Source: a phage
Sequence record: PZ171035.1
Direction: 5' to 3' (one strand)
Length of the DNA stretch: 64,000 nt
The notes below the pieces were generated by a model. It was not told the DNA's origin and did no database searches. It saw only the letters and a list, made by a program, of their open reading frames with translations. Positions 17,037 through 27,558 of this stretch are shown here, piece after piece. How positions within the stretch are numbered: the first letter of the stretch is position 1; every line of letters begins with the position of its first letter. Both the position numbers and the translations under genes were made by a program.

Positions 17037-19604
17037 ATGTTAGTTGCAGATACCAATGAAGTAGCTACCTCAGCGACACTGGGTGGCAAAGAAACAATTG
17101 CCTTTGGCATCTCTGATGACCCGGCATTCTTCCATGTATTAAGTACTTCCCTGTATAACAATCCTACTCTGGCAGTAGTCCGTGAGACTATCTGTAATAG
17201 TTGGGATGCTCACATTGAAGCAGGTAAGACTGATACTTCTATTCGTATCACTATTGATACAGACAACTTTATTACCTTCCGTGACTACGGTAATGGAATC
17301 CCGGATGAACTCATTGGTTCCATTTATGGTGTCTATGGTGCATCTACTAAAAAGTCTAACAGTAGTGTTACCGGTGGCTTTGGTCTGGGATGTAAATCCC
17401 CATTCGCTTATACAGATAGCTTCCAGGTTACTTCGTGGAACCAGGGAAAGATGTCAGTGTATAACGTAGCCAAAGCTGCGATTGAGAATGACGGTAAGCC
17501 GGGCATTGTTCCTATTGTTACTGGTATTCCTACTGAGGAATCTGGTCTGGAAGTTAAATTCCAGTTAGGCAAACATGATTTAAATACCTTTATTCATTAC
17601 ATCACATCAATCGTATTTAACGGTGAGATTAAAGCCGAGCTTAGTATCCCTAAACTCGTTAAAACGGAAGAAGGTAATAGTATTCAACAAGGTGACTACA
17701 CCCTACTGAGTACACTAGGTATGTCATTTGAACCTGGTTCATATGATATGTCTGATAGCTGGTATAAAGGCTATATGGGCAACAGTAACATATTCGTTCG
17801 TTACGGTAACGTAATGTACCCAATTGTAACCAGCCCAGCTAGTGAAGAGGCTGTAGGTCTTATCCTCAATTTTATGAATATCATTGATGCTGACAATTTA
17901 GTAGTTCAGGCTGCACCGGATACTCTAGCTATTGCTCCTAGTCGTGAAACGCTGTCTAACCAGAAGTTAACAGACGACGGTATTACTACTCTATGCGTAG
18001 ATTTAGTAGACCGTATGGAGAAAGAGATTAAGGCTAAGATTCCTGAAGCTATTAAGCAGGTTGAAGAATACGCCTCTAAATCCTCTACTTGCTTTTGGAC
18101 CTATCCGTCTTTCTTGCTTGCTGTTACAGACCCAATTGTTCAACGCTATATGTCCTCTAGTTTGTGGGCTAAGCAGCGTAAGCATCACATCAAGCATTGG
18201 CGTAATCTATCCAATAAAGCATTGTTAGCTCGTCCTGAATATGCAGGTCTTAAAAAACTGTATGGTAAGGCTATGCGTGCTCTTAAGGATACTCGTGAAG
18301 AAAGTACATACTCCCCATTCCATGAATTAGTATATCGCCATCTGCACTTGCCTCAGCTTGCTGCTTTAAAAGCCTCTGGTGTTAAGTGGTCTGGTTACAT
18401 AATGAACCAAGGTAATTCTGTAGACTTGGTGAAAGGTAAACTTACAGACTACTTTAAGATGTACCATACCTCACATCAGGGTATCGGCATATTCACTACC
18501 AAGAACGTTGTAGTTACTCGACGTTTATCTGATTGTGCAGACTCTTTCTCATACTTCCCTGAATACAACCGAGGTGACCTGGAGCGTACAGCTTTTGTTC
18601 ACGTCGTTGGACCTAAAAAGGGGGCAGCAGAGGAAGCTGTAGCTAAGTTCACTGCCATGGGCTATCGGGTAATTGACCTTACTCAATATAATGAGTGGGA
18701 CAAACCAACCAACTACCGTAGAGAACAAACTAAGATAGCTGCCGAGAAACGTGCTAAGACAATAGCTGCCAATAAAACCAAAGCAGGAGGTAAAACTAAT
18801 GCACTGGTTTCATTGAATGCAGTTATTGATACTACCCGGGTACGGTATAAAAATGGTGATTGGGAACTCAAGCCATATATCCAGAAGGAATTTGCTGACC
18901 CAAGTCGCCATGAGAAGTACGGTTTCGTCGAAGTGGAGCAACCTAAGTACTACGTACTGGCTAATCAGATTAGTTCTGGTAGTCCTGTGACTGCTCGAAT
19001 TGGAACCATGTGGAAATGGTATGAGTTATCTGATGAGATGAAAGCAGAGACTGTTGTCTGCCGTAATCAAATAGAAGCTAACAAGGCCAAACGACGTGGT
19101 GCTATCCACATTGATGATGTTCGCTTTATGGAACTGATGTCTGTTATTACCAGCAAAGGATTCAAGAAATATGTTACTGAACATCGCATCGGTATTCTGG
19201 AATATATAGAACTGGATGACAGAGAATACTGGGAAATTCTAGACATACTGGGTCTAACATTCAAACCATTACAGAATCTGATTTTTAAACCAGAGTATGA
19301 ATGGGCATATGACTTTTTACGAAATCGACCACATGACAACAAAGAAAAACTTGTTGAAATGGGTTGTATTAAGTCAGTGGATGACTTAGAGCCATATACA
19401 ATGATGGTTAATCCCCGTAACCATAAGTACTTTAAAATACTTAATGATTACAAAGGATTATTCAGTTATAGCTGGGATAAGAATGACATTCTACAGACGC
19501 TGGACTTAGGTAGTTTGGTCAAACACCTTAAGAAGAATCCAGAGGATATTCCTGGGTTTAAGTCCCTCTACCGTAATCGTCTAAATAAACTGAAAGGTAA
19601 CTAA
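17037..19604 (+). CDS. rIIA: rIIA-like protein (N-terminal GHKL/HATPase_c-type ATPase fold)
   Basis: 855 aa; N-terminal GHKL motifs ETICNSWDA, RDYGNGI, GGFGLG; size and position as in N4-like phages; GGAGAG RBS. Confidence 0.55.
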   Translation: MLVADTNEVATSATLGGKETIAFGISDDPAFFHVLSTSLYNNPTLAVVRETICNSWDAHIEAGKTDTSIRITIDTDNFITFRDYGNGIPDELIGSIYGVYGASTKKSNSSVTGGFGLGCKSPFAYTDSFQVTSWNQGKMSVYNVAKAAIENDGKPGIVPIVTGIPTEESGLEVKFQLGKHDLNTFIHYITSIVFNGEIKAELSIPKLVKTEEGNSIQQGDYTLLSTLGMSFEPGSYDMSDSWYKGYMGNSNIFVRYGNVMYPIVTSPASEEAVGLILNFMNIIDADNLVVQAAPDTLAIAPSRETLSNQKLTDDGITTLCVDLVDRMEKEIKAKIPEAIKQVEEYASKSSTCFWTYPSFLLAVTDPIVQRYMSSSLWAKQRKHHIKHWRNLSNKALLARPEYAGLKKLYGKAMRALKDTREESTYSPFHELVYRHLHLPQLAALKASGVKWSGYIMNQGNSVDLVKGKLTDYFKMYHTSHQGIGIFTTKNVVVTRRLSDCADSFSYFPEYNRGDLERTAFVHVVGPKKGAAEEAVAKFTAMGYRVIDLTQYNEWDKPTNYRREQTKIAAEKRAKTIAANKTKAGGKTNALVSLNAVIDTTRVRYKNGDWELKPYIQKEFADPSRHEKYGFVEVEQPKYYVLANQISSGSPVTARIGTMWKWYELSDEMKAETVVCRNQIEANKAKRRGAIHIDDVRFMELMSVITSKGFKKYVTEHRIGILEYIELDDREYWEILDILGLTFKPLQNLIFKPEYEWAYDFLRNRPHDNKEKLVEMGCIKSVDDLEPYTMMVNPRNHKYFKILNDYKGLFSYSWDKNDILQTLDLGSLVKHLKKNPEDIPGFKSLYRNRLNKLKGN

Positions 19605-19608
19605 TCTG

Positions 19609-21660
19609 ATGAAAATCGAACTGATTTCTATCATCGCACTGGCAGTTGACAGTCGTAACCTTACACTGTGGAAGCCTGATGGCTCCACAATTGTATATCC
19701 ACAGAGCGACCCACGGGTTGCTCGTATTGTATCTGAAGCACAAACCAAAGGTCTGGGAACTACCAAAGATCAAATAGAAGTAAACATTGCACCAGAAGTA
19801 AACCTGCGTACTGAATATCTGGAAGCAGAGAAGAACACTAACGGATTCGTCCGTTTCTTCAAGGTAGCTAAAGCTAAACTTAAAGAGTTCTTCCAGGATG
19901 GCACGGGTACTCAACCTAACCGTATTATTTCTGATATTAAGCTAGGCAACCCTACTAAAACATTAGTATCTAAAGCTATGGATACCTTCCTGGCTGTACA
20001 GGCTAATGAACCAGAAGTAACTGTAACAGATGGTTGTTATGACAGACGTGACAACCTGATGTGGGTTACTGGCTGGGACAAAGACCATAACCATCCTGCA
20101 CTGGTTCGTTTTATCAATGACGTATTGCGTTGTGGTTATGACCATACCAACCGTACTCTTGCACAAGAATGGCCTATTGCAATTCGTGCGGTATCCGATG
20201 ATGAAATGGGTGAGTTTGTTAAACAAGCTCAGCACATCAAAGGGGTACACGTTGTATTTACCAGTCGTGATGTAACGCCATTTCCTTACATAGAAGTGGC
20301 TAAAACTACGAACCAGGATAAGCTGGCTGCTGCTTCTGAGAAGTTAGCTGCATTGGGTGCTATTAGTACTGATGATGCTAACTTCCACACTGAAGTGAAA
20401 GAAGATGAAGTGGTTGTTGCCGTTACCAACAATGGGGTTATCCCTGGAGTTGAGAACCTGCAGCGTCACCTGCGTCAGTCTGCCAAGCTGAAAGACTACA
20501 AGGGCTTTACCAAGTTCCTTGAGCGTCTGGCTCCAGTTATTAAAGACCGTCTGCACTCAGTGGAAGACCTGATGAAGTTCATGGAAACTGCTGAACTGCC
20601 TATCGCTGATGATGGCTCTATTCTATTCCTGAAACGCCTTAAGTTCCATGGCACAGAAGATGGAAAACGTGTATTCGTTGACTGTCACTCAGGTAACATC
20701 CGTCAGTGGGTAGGCTGTAAAGTACAGGTACGAGAAGACCTGGTAGACCCTGACCGTCGTCAGGACTGCTCTAATGGTCTACACGTAGCATCCATGAGTT
20801 ACATTCGTCACTTCGGTGGTAACGTAACTATCCTTGGTAAAGTAGCACCAGAAGATGTATTTGCTGTTCCTGAGTACAACACTAATAAGATGCGTGTAGC
20901 TGCGTATCACATTATTGCTGAACTACCAGAAGAGGAACGTTGCAACGTTAACAGTGGTATCTACCTGTCTAAGACAGAAGTAGGTAAAAAGTTACTTAAT
21001 GATGCCATCGTTGGGAACCATAGTTCACCTACCACACTTGTTATGGTTGGCGGTCACTATGGTACTAACCTCAAATACACTAATCTCTCATCTGGTTCTG
21101 TAGAACAATTCCGTACAGTTGCTAATAAAGAAGCACTGAACATGGAAGAGTCACTGAATGAAGCTGTAGCTGCTGAACCAGTAAAAGCTACTGACCTTAA
21201 ACCTGTTATTAAGAAGGCTCCTACTGTGAAAGAACAAATCCAGGAACTGGTTAAAGAGTTCCTCAATGCAACAACACCAGAAGATAAGTTAGCTGCTGCT
21301 GATTTACTTGTGGAAATGCGAGGTAAGGCTCGTAAGCCATGGGCTGCTTTAGGTGTTGGATCCGATGTGGTGGCTAAGATTGCTGATGTACGTACAACTT
21401 ACACAGCTAAACCTATCGGCAAACCAAAATCAGTGAAGCAGACTAAGGTTCACCGTTCGGCTACTGCCACTAAGGTAGCACCGTCTGGTAAACACGCTGA
21501 TAATCTGCGTAGCATCCTGAATGATACGACGTACTCCGACTATCAGAAAGGCCATGCTCTGCAAGACTATAAGCGTTATGCTAAGAAGTCATTCACTGCA
21601 ATGGGTCTGACTGAGGAAGAAGCTAAGTTAGCTACCAAGCTGGTCAAGGCTGCTAAGTAA
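19609..21660 (+). CDS. rIIB: rIIB-like protein (assigned mainly by position after rIIA)
   Basis: 683-aa ORF immediately downstream of the rIIA-like gene; no diagnostic motif recognised. Confidence 0.35.
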   Translation: MKIELISIIALAVDSRNLTLWKPDGSTIVYPQSDPRVARIVSEAQTKGLGTTKDQIEVNIAPEVNLRTEYLEAEKNTNGFVRFFKVAKAKLKEFFQDGTGTQPNRIISDIKLGNPTKTLVSKAMDTFLAVQANEPEVTVTDGCYDRRDNLMWVTGWDKDHNHPALVRFINDVLRCGYDHTNRTLAQEWPIAIRAVSDDEMGEFVKQAQHIKGVHVVFTSRDVTPFPYIEVAKTTNQDKLAAASEKLAALGAISTDDANFHTEVKEDEVVVAVTNNGVIPGVENLQRHLRQSAKLKDYKGFTKFLERLAPVIKDRLHSVEDLMKFMETAELPIADDGSILFLKRLKFHGTEDGKRVFVDCHSGNIRQWVGCKVQVREDLVDPDRRQDCSNGLHVASMSYIRHFGGNVTILGKVAPEDVFAVPEYNTNKMRVAAYHIIAELPEEERCNVNSGIYLSKTEVGKKLLNDAIVGNHSSPTTLVMVGGHYGTNLKYTNLSSGSVEQFRTVANKEALNMEESLNEAVAAEPVKATDLKPVIKKAPTVKEQIQELVKEFLNATTPEDKLAAADLLVEMRGKARKPWAALGVGSDVVAKIADVRTTYTAKPIGKPKSVKQTKVHRSATATKVAPSGKHADNLRSILNDTTYSDYQKGHALQDYKRYAKKSFTAMGLTEEEAKLATKLVKAAK

Positions 21661-21675
21661 TAGCCTGTTCAAATG

Positions 21676-21707
21676 CCCTCACTTGTAATAAAGTGAGGGT
21701 AAATTTG
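21676..21707 (+). terminator. terminator-like hairpin after rIIB-like gene
   Basis: CCCTCACTT-GTAATA-AAGTGAGGG hairpin, weak T-run (TAAATTTG). Confidence 0.35.
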
Positions 21708-22118
21708 AAGAGGAAATGTACTATGAGTAAAGTTTACAGAGTTAATCGCAAAGCAACTGATGAAGACATCATTCGTATGAATGCTGTTGGTTTGTCCCTC
21801 GCAACTATCGCTAAGACGCTGGGGGTTCACCCCACTACGGTTACTTTGCGATTGCGTTCTTTAAACATTGAACCAGCCGACACACGTCGGACGTTCATGG
21901 AGAGTGTACTCCGTCCATTACCAACCCATGTGGCAGATTGGCTATCAGAGCAAGTTGGTCCTGCTTATGAGATTCGTTCATATGTAAGGGACTTGATTCT
22001 GGAGGCATATAATAATCGCCACCTTAACCAAGAGAGTGAACATGACAAGTTCATCCGTTTGTACGCTGGCAAATACGGAAGCCTGGTTCCGGAAAGCAGT
22101 ACCAAATCCAACGAGTAA
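21693..22118 (+). CDS. putative helix-turn-helix DNA-binding protein
   Basis: HTH-like segment GLSLATIAKTLGVHPTTV; start may be the internal ATG (MSKVYRV). Confidence 0.35.
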   Translation: MRVNLKRKCTMSKVYRVNRKATDEDIIRMNAVGLSLATIAKTLGVHPTTVTLRLRSLNIEPADTRRTFMESVLRPLPTHVADWLSEQVGPAYEIRSYVRDLILEAYNNRHLNQESEHDKFIRLYAGKYGSLVPESSTKSNE

Positions 22119-22134
22119 GAACATTAGTACCCAG

Positions 22135-22497
22135 ATGGGTTGCCATCTGGAAGAAGTAGAAGAAATGCTTCAAACCATTTACCCAAATGGTAACTACGAT
22201 GCAGAATTGCTACAACGTGCACAAGATGCTCTTACAAATCTGGCTAACCATATGAAACGTAATGACGATGCCTATCGCATTGACGTTAGTACCAACTTGT
22301 TGGATTCACTGGCAGACCAGATTGTTACAGCAACTGGCGTCGGTACTTTCCTTGGGATGAATGTCCCTGGAGCATTGGCTGAAGTCAATCGCTCAAACTA
22401 TTCTAAGTTTGAAGATGGTGAACCCGTCTTCAATGAGAATATGAAAGTTATGAAAGGGAAAGACTATACTCCCCCAGATTTAACCCCATACATCTAA
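22135..22497 (+). CDS. MazG-like nucleotide pyrophosphohydrolase (tentative)
   Basis: ORF 22036-22497 overlaps upstream gene; from ATG 22135 the protein shows all-alpha NTP-PPase-like pattern LEEVEEM...LLDSLADQIV...EVNRSNYSKF. Confidence 0.35.
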   Translation: MGCHLEEVEEMLQTIYPNGNYDAELLQRAQDALTNLANHMKRNDDAYRIDVSTNLLDSLADQIVTATGVGTFLGMNVPGALAEVNRSNYSKFEDGEPVFNENMKVMKGKDYTPPDLTPYI

Positions 22498-22519
22498 CCC
22501 TCTACGGAGGGGTTTTTTA
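22498..22519 (+). terminator. intrinsic terminator
   Basis: CCCTC-TACG-GAGGGG hairpin followed by TTTTTTAC. Confidence 0.6.
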
Positions 22520-22531
22520 CTGGAGATTTTA

Positions 22532-23842
22532 ATGTTTTCCAAACCTACCAAAGCCCCACTGAACAAGGGGCAAGAAGCGGTTGCGAAGGAGTTCTTCGAC
22601 TTCCTGCTCAACCCTAATGCTACCGAATTCAATATTAGTGGCCCAGGGGGAACTGGCAAGACATTCCTGATGTCGCACCTCATTGATGACACAATGCCTG
22701 CATATATGGAAACTTGCTCCCTTATGGGAACCAAGCCCCTGTATAACGAAGTTGTTATGACTGCGACCACGAACAAAGCTGCTGAAGTTCTGGCTCAAGC
22801 CACAGGTCGTCCAACATCTACCTATCATTCCTTCCAGGGATTGATTGTTAAGAATGACTTTAAGACAGGTGAGGCTAACGTCGTACCATCTAAATCATTC
22901 AATATTAAGAAGAATAAAATCATCTTCGTAGATGAAGCATCCATGATTGACCGTCAGTTACTTAAGTATGCTCGTGAAGGTACTCACCAGTGCAAACTGG
23001 TATTCGTAGGGGATGCTTCTCAGCTTCTGCCTGTTAAAGAGAATAAATCTCCGGTATATGCAGGTAATATCCCAACACACTATCTGACTGAACAGATGCG
23101 TACCGATGCACCGGAACTCAAAGCATTGCACCAGCAATTGCGTGATACGGTAGAAGGTAAGACGGGCTTCCTGCCTATTAAGTGTATTCCAGGCATCATT
23201 GACTGGGTACAAGAGGAGGAGATGGAGAAACTGGTTCTCAGTCACTTCACTCAACCTACCAACAGCCGTATTGTTGCTTACACAAATGACCGGGTTATTA
23301 ATTACAATAACTACATTCGTGAAGCTAATGGCTATGTAGGTGAATACTCTATTGGTGAACAGCTAGTCTCTAACTCTGCCGTTCGCTTGGGTGTGGATAA
23401 TCGTCTGTCTATCGAGCAGGACGTAAAGCTCATCGACCAGGATAACAGTACTCGCATGATTAAGGTTACAGGTGACCTGGAACTGGAAGTTCGTGATAGT
23501 ACTCTGGACCTTGGTTATGGTGGTATTGTAAGTGAAGTTCCAGTACCTACTGACCCAGACTACTTCAACCGTTTGGTTAAGTGGCTTGGTAAAGAAAAGA
23601 ACTGGGAACCTTACTTCCGTCTTAAAGAAACCATTCCAGACCTGCGTGCTACTCATGCATGTACTGTCCATAAATCACAAGGCTCTACTTACGACACAAT
23701 CTTCATTGATGCAAATGACCTCTCAAGCTGTCGCCAACCTGATATGGTTGCCCGTCTGCTTTACGTCGCTGTGTCTCGTGCCCGTAAGCGAGTAGTGTTC
23801 TATGGCAATCTTGCCAGTAAGTATGGTGGTCTAACTTTCTAA
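22532..23842 (+). CDS. SF1B DNA helicase (Dda/RecD-like)
   Basis: 436 aa; Walker A GPGGTGKT, Walker B IIFVDEASM, C-terminal ATHACTVHKSQGSTYD and YVAVSRAR motifs. Confidence 0.75.
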   Translation: MFSKPTKAPLNKGQEAVAKEFFDFLLNPNATEFNISGPGGTGKTFLMSHLIDDTMPAYMETCSLMGTKPLYNEVVMTATTNKAAEVLAQATGRPTSTYHSFQGLIVKNDFKTGEANVVPSKSFNIKKNKIIFVDEASMIDRQLLKYAREGTHQCKLVFVGDASQLLPVKENKSPVYAGNIPTHYLTEQMRTDAPELKALHQQLRDTVEGKTGFLPIKCIPGIIDWVQEEEMEKLVLSHFTQPTNSRIVAYTNDRVINYNNYIREANGYVGEYSIGEQLVSNSAVRLGVDNRLSIEQDVKLIDQDNSTRMIKVTGDLELEVRDSTLDLGYGGIVSEVPVPTDPDYFNRLVKWLGKEKNWEPYFRLKETIPDLRATHACTVHKSQGSTYDTIFIDANDLSSCRQPDMVARLLYVAVSRARKRVVFYGNLASKYGGLTF

Positions 23843-23852
23843 GGGAGGATAT

Positions 23853-24383
23853 ATGCCTCAGATTGGTTCAGCGACTATTGGTCAAGTTGCCAATAGCAGT
23901 GAGATAGTCAAGCATCTGTTCTTAGCAGAACTGGTTCGTCTTGATAGTGTGTTAAACGGTATCATTGATAAGAACGACCGTATCAATGGTATTGATGTAT
24001 CGGCTGGATTCCTTTATCAGGGTGAGTTCTATCAGCGTTCTAATGCTGCCAGACCTCCAACCTACGGTGAACGATTAACACTTAATCCAGAACTTTGGCC
24101 TGCAATGGACAAGTATCTGAAAGCCTCCAGTCGTTTGATTATGGAAGTACACCTAGTGAACCAGACTGTATATCGCCTGGTTCGTGGTTGTATGTCCTAT
24201 CAGGATGTACGTGATGCTTTGCCTGAGTGCCTGGTAGCCCAAGACCAGACTGGTAAGTATAAGGAACTGCCACGTACTCGTGAAGCAGCCTGGACACTTG
24301 CTGGTGATCCCATGGCAATAAAACAGTATGAGAAGATTCTTCCCTCTATTGAGTATTATGCAGCTTCCCATCTGATTTTCTAA
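23853..24383 (+). CDS. hypothetical protein
   Basis: 176-aa ORF with gggagga RBS. Confidence 0.4.
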   Translation: MPQIGSATIGQVANSSEIVKHLFLAELVRLDSVLNGIIDKNDRINGIDVSAGFLYQGEFYQRSNAARPPTYGERLTLNPELWPAMDKYLKASSRLIMEVHLVNQTVYRLVRGCMSYQDVRDALPECLVAQDQTGKYKELPRTREAAWTLAGDPMAIKQYEKILPSIEYYAASHLIF

Positions 24384-24392
24384 GGTAAAGCT

Positions 24393-26972
24393 ATGCGTTA
24401 CATCACCTCTCAAAATACGGGTAAGTATCCTATTGCTATCCTCGGTCATCAAATCCGAAGGGAGGAGATGATTAAAACCTACCTGCTGCCTAATGACCTA
24501 AGCATGGAAGATTTTATCTTCATTGAACTTCATTCTGCCCCGGGCAAGAAGAAGACTCCTGCAAGGGAGATTAAAGAGTTCATACAGCAGGAACTGCAAC
24601 AGGTACTGGATGATGCAGAGACTCAGTACATCATTTGTACCGATTCTGACTACTTCAAGATACTGACTAAAGAAGCTAAAGCAGAGGCTAACCTCGGCTA
24701 TGTTTGCGACTCAGTATGGGGTAAGCAGAAGGTTATCTATGCACCTAGCTACAGACAGGTCTTTTATGACCCACCTGTAGTGAAATCCAAGATTGCTCAG
24801 GGTATGGATGCATTACTTAACCACATACGTGGGCAGTATGCTGAACCAGGTCATGGAATCATTGAGTTTGAAGCCTACCCAGATACTCCAGAAAAGATTA
24901 AAGCCTGGCTAGACCAGTTGCTTGAGATGAATAAGCCCCTGGCTATAGACATTGAAGCATTCGGTTTAAAGCACTATAACGCCGGTATAGGGACAATTAC
25001 ATTCTGTTGGAGTAAGACACAGGGCATAGCCTTTAATGTGGACTACGAGCCGATTCCTGGAGCTACTGAAGCACCTTACGGGCGTATCAACAGAAATGAT
25101 ATTGTTCGAAATCTTCTGCGTGAGTTCTTCATTAAGTACACTCAACGGCAGATGTATCACAACATTAGCTATGACGTGTATGTGCTTATCTATCAGTTAT
25201 TCATGGATAACCTGATTGATACAAAAGGCTTACTGCACGGCATGGAAATCATGCTGCGTAATTGGGATTGCACTAAGTTAATCACCTACTTAGCTACTAA
25301 CAGTTGTGCTGGCAATCACCTTAGTCTGAAAGACCAGGCCCAGGAGTATGCTGGTAACTATGCCCAGGATGATATTAAAGACATTCGTCTTATTCCTAAT
25401 GAGCAACTGTTACGCTACAACCTCATTGATGGTTTGTGTACGTGGTACACCTACGAGAAGCACTGGGATACTCTCATTGCTGACGACCAACTGGATGTTT
25501 ACAACAATATCTTTAAACCAGCTTGTGAAGATATTATCCAGATGCAGTTAACCGGTATGCCCATGAATATGGATACCGTTAACCAAGTAGCTAAGGAGAT
25601 GGAAACTGACAGGAACCAGGCTCTGAAAACTATTCGTGAGTCTAAGCTCATGAAGAACTTCACCCTGATGCTTCGTCAGGAATGGGTAGATGATAAGAAT
25701 GCTAAGCTCAAGAAGAAGCAAGTAACACTTGCTGATTGTGACATAGAGTTTAATCCTAACTCTGGTCCACAACTACAGAAGCTGTTATTTGACTATATTG
25801 GCTTACCGGTTCTTGGTCTTACTAAGAGCAAGCAACCTGCTACTGACGGTGACACTATTAAAGCACTGCGTACACATACGCAGAGTGAAGATGTTAAGGA
25901 ACTGCTCAATGCACTTATCGACTATAAGCTCGTGGATAAGATTATCACTAGCTTTATACCAGCTTTCAGGAATGCCCAACCGGGACCGGATGGCTGGCAC
26001 TACCTGTTCGGCAACCTCAATCTGGGAGGCACAGTCTCCGGTAGGCTATCGGCTTCAGAGCCAAATCTACAAACAATTCCATCCGGCTCTAAATATGCCA
26101 AGAAGATTAAGAAGTGCTTCGAAGCCCCTCCAGGCTGGGTATTTTGCGGCTTGGATTTCGCCTCGCTGGAAGACAGAATATCTGCACTGACTACTAAAGA
26201 CCCTCAGAAGCTTAAGGTATATACCGATGGTTATGATGGTCACAGTCTCCGTGCATATGCTTATTTTGGTGAGCAGATGCCAGACATAGAAGACACAGTA
26301 GAATCCATTAACTCCATTCAGCATAAGTACAAATCATTGCGTAGTGACTCAAAGGCTCCAACCTTCTTGCTTACCTATGGTGGTACGTATATGGGCTTAA
26401 TGAAAAACTGTGGCTTCTCTGAAGAGAAGGCTAAAACTACAGAGAAACGTTATCACGACCTCTACGTAGTTAGTGACAGATGGGTTCAGGCTAAGCTGGA
26501 CGAAGCTGCCAAAACTGGCTATGTTACTGCCGCATTCGGATTGAGAGTGCGTACTCCTTTACTGGCTCAGGTATTACGTGGGACATGTAAGACTCCGTAT
26601 GAAGCAGAAGCAGAAGGCAGAACTGCTGGTAATGCTTTAGGGCAAAGCTGGTGTCTACTGAATAACCGTGCTGGTTCAGAGTTTATGCGTAAAGTCAGAG
26701 CCAGTGAGTTCAGGTTAGATATTCGTCCTAGTATTCACATTCATGATGCTCAGTACTTCATGATTCGTGACAACATGGATACCTTACAGTTTACGAACAA
26801 GCACTTGGTTGAAGCCGTTAACTGGCAAGATCATCCTGATATTGCCCATCCAGAAGTTGGTTTGGGTGGGGAACTATCCTTGTTCTACCCAACGTGGGCT
26901 AACGAGATTGAAATTCCAAATCACGCTACCCCAGAAGAAGTTCATCAAATAATTCAAAAGGCATTCGCATGA
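24393..26972 (+). CDS. DNA polymerase I-family (family A) with 3'-5' exonuclease domain
   Basis: 859 aa; exo motifs AIDIEAFG and YHNISYDVYVL; pol motifs RLSASEPNLQTIP, DFASLEDR (motif A), K...YG (motif B), HIHDAQ (motif C). Confidence 0.85.
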   Translation: MRYITSQNTGKYPIAILGHQIRREEMIKTYLLPNDLSMEDFIFIELHSAPGKKKTPAREIKEFIQQELQQVLDDAETQYIICTDSDYFKILTKEAKAEANLGYVCDSVWGKQKVIYAPSYRQVFYDPPVVKSKIAQGMDALLNHIRGQYAEPGHGIIEFEAYPDTPEKIKAWLDQLLEMNKPLAIDIEAFGLKHYNAGIGTITFCWSKTQGIAFNVDYEPIPGATEAPYGRINRNDIVRNLLREFFIKYTQRQMYHNISYDVYVLIYQLFMDNLIDTKGLLHGMEIMLRNWDCTKLITYLATNSCAGNHLSLKDQAQEYAGNYAQDDIKDIRLIPNEQLLRYNLIDGLCTWYTYEKHWDTLIADDQLDVYNNIFKPACEDIIQMQLTGMPMNMDTVNQVAKEMETDRNQALKTIRESKLMKNFTLMLRQEWVDDKNAKLKKKQVTLADCDIEFNPNSGPQLQKLLFDYIGLPVLGLTKSKQPATDGDTIKALRTHTQSEDVKELLNALIDYKLVDKIITSFIPAFRNAQPGPDGWHYLFGNLNLGGTVSGRLSASEPNLQTIPSGSKYAKKIKKCFEAPPGWVFCGLDFASLEDRISALTTKDPQKLKVYTDGYDGHSLRAYAYFGEQMPDIEDTVESINSIQHKYKSLRSDSKAPTFLLTYGGTYMGLMKNCGFSEEKAKTTEKRYHDLYVVSDRWVQAKLDEAAKTGYVTAAFGLRVRTPLLAQVLRGTCKTPYEAEAEGRTAGNALGQSWCLLNNRAGSEFMRKVRASEFRLDIRPSIHIHDAQYFMIRDNMDTLQFTNKHLVEAVNWQDHPDIAHPEVGLGGELSLFYPTWANEIEIPNHATPEEVHQIIQKAFA

Positions 26973-27274
26973 CCAAAAGTACTAAAGAAACTGTAGTCAG
27001 AAAATATCATTGGATGGTAGCAGCACAGGTAGTATTCCAACTTCCTAAAGTGGATGATGGTTCCCTGCTTACCATGAACACAATGCTGCTCACTGATGAA
27101 CCTTATGTGACCTATAAAGATTTGGCTCGTGCCAATCACTCCCTGAAGATTAGTCTGGACCAACGTTTCGATACCTCGGTTGACCTGAAAGACATTGTTT
27201 ACCTATCTATTAACAACCTGGGTCTAATGTCTGAACCAGAGTTCCAGGCAAACATGATTCCCAAGGGGGAATAA
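26969..27274 (+). CDS. hypothetical protein
   Basis: 101-aa ORF, ATGA overlap with polymerase stop. Confidence 0.4.
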   Translation: MTKSTKETVVRKYHWMVAAQVVFQLPKVDDGSLLTMNTMLLTDEPYVTYKDLARANHSLKISLDQRFDTSVDLKDIVYLSINNLGLMSEPEFQANMIPKGE

Positions 27275-27558
27275 TGACTAAGCTCTCCGGTGGCCTTAAT
27301 AACTACTATGTAGTTTCAATTAAGAATCCCCAACGGAAAGAGCAAGAGCCATATCAAGCAGAGTGTGAGGATATTATCCAAGCACTGGGCATGACCTTCG
27401 ATGAAGGTTGTGCCTTTAAAGCCCTATGGCGAAATGCTGCTGCCCGTATGGGTAATGGTAAACCTGGAAACTCTTCAGTGTACGATGCAGAGAAGATTGT
27501 GCACTACGCCAATCGCATATTGAAAAAGGCTTATAATGAAGATAACCAACAATCATGA
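27274..27558 (+). CDS. hypothetical protein
   Basis: 94-aa ORF, overlap coupling. Confidence 0.4.
   Translation: MTKLSGGLNNYYVVSIKNPQRKEQEPYQAECEDIIQALGMTFDEGCAFKALWRNAAARMGNGKPGNSSVYDAEKIVHYANRILKKAYNEDNQQS

Noticed and set aside
17182-21266. Small ORFs nested in or antisense to the rIIA/rIIB-like genes (e.g. 17182-17469, 19558-19914, 20344-20556, 21057-21266)
   Set aside because: Overlap long, well-supported ORFs in other frames, lack RBS, and show no membrane or signal features; considered non-coding.
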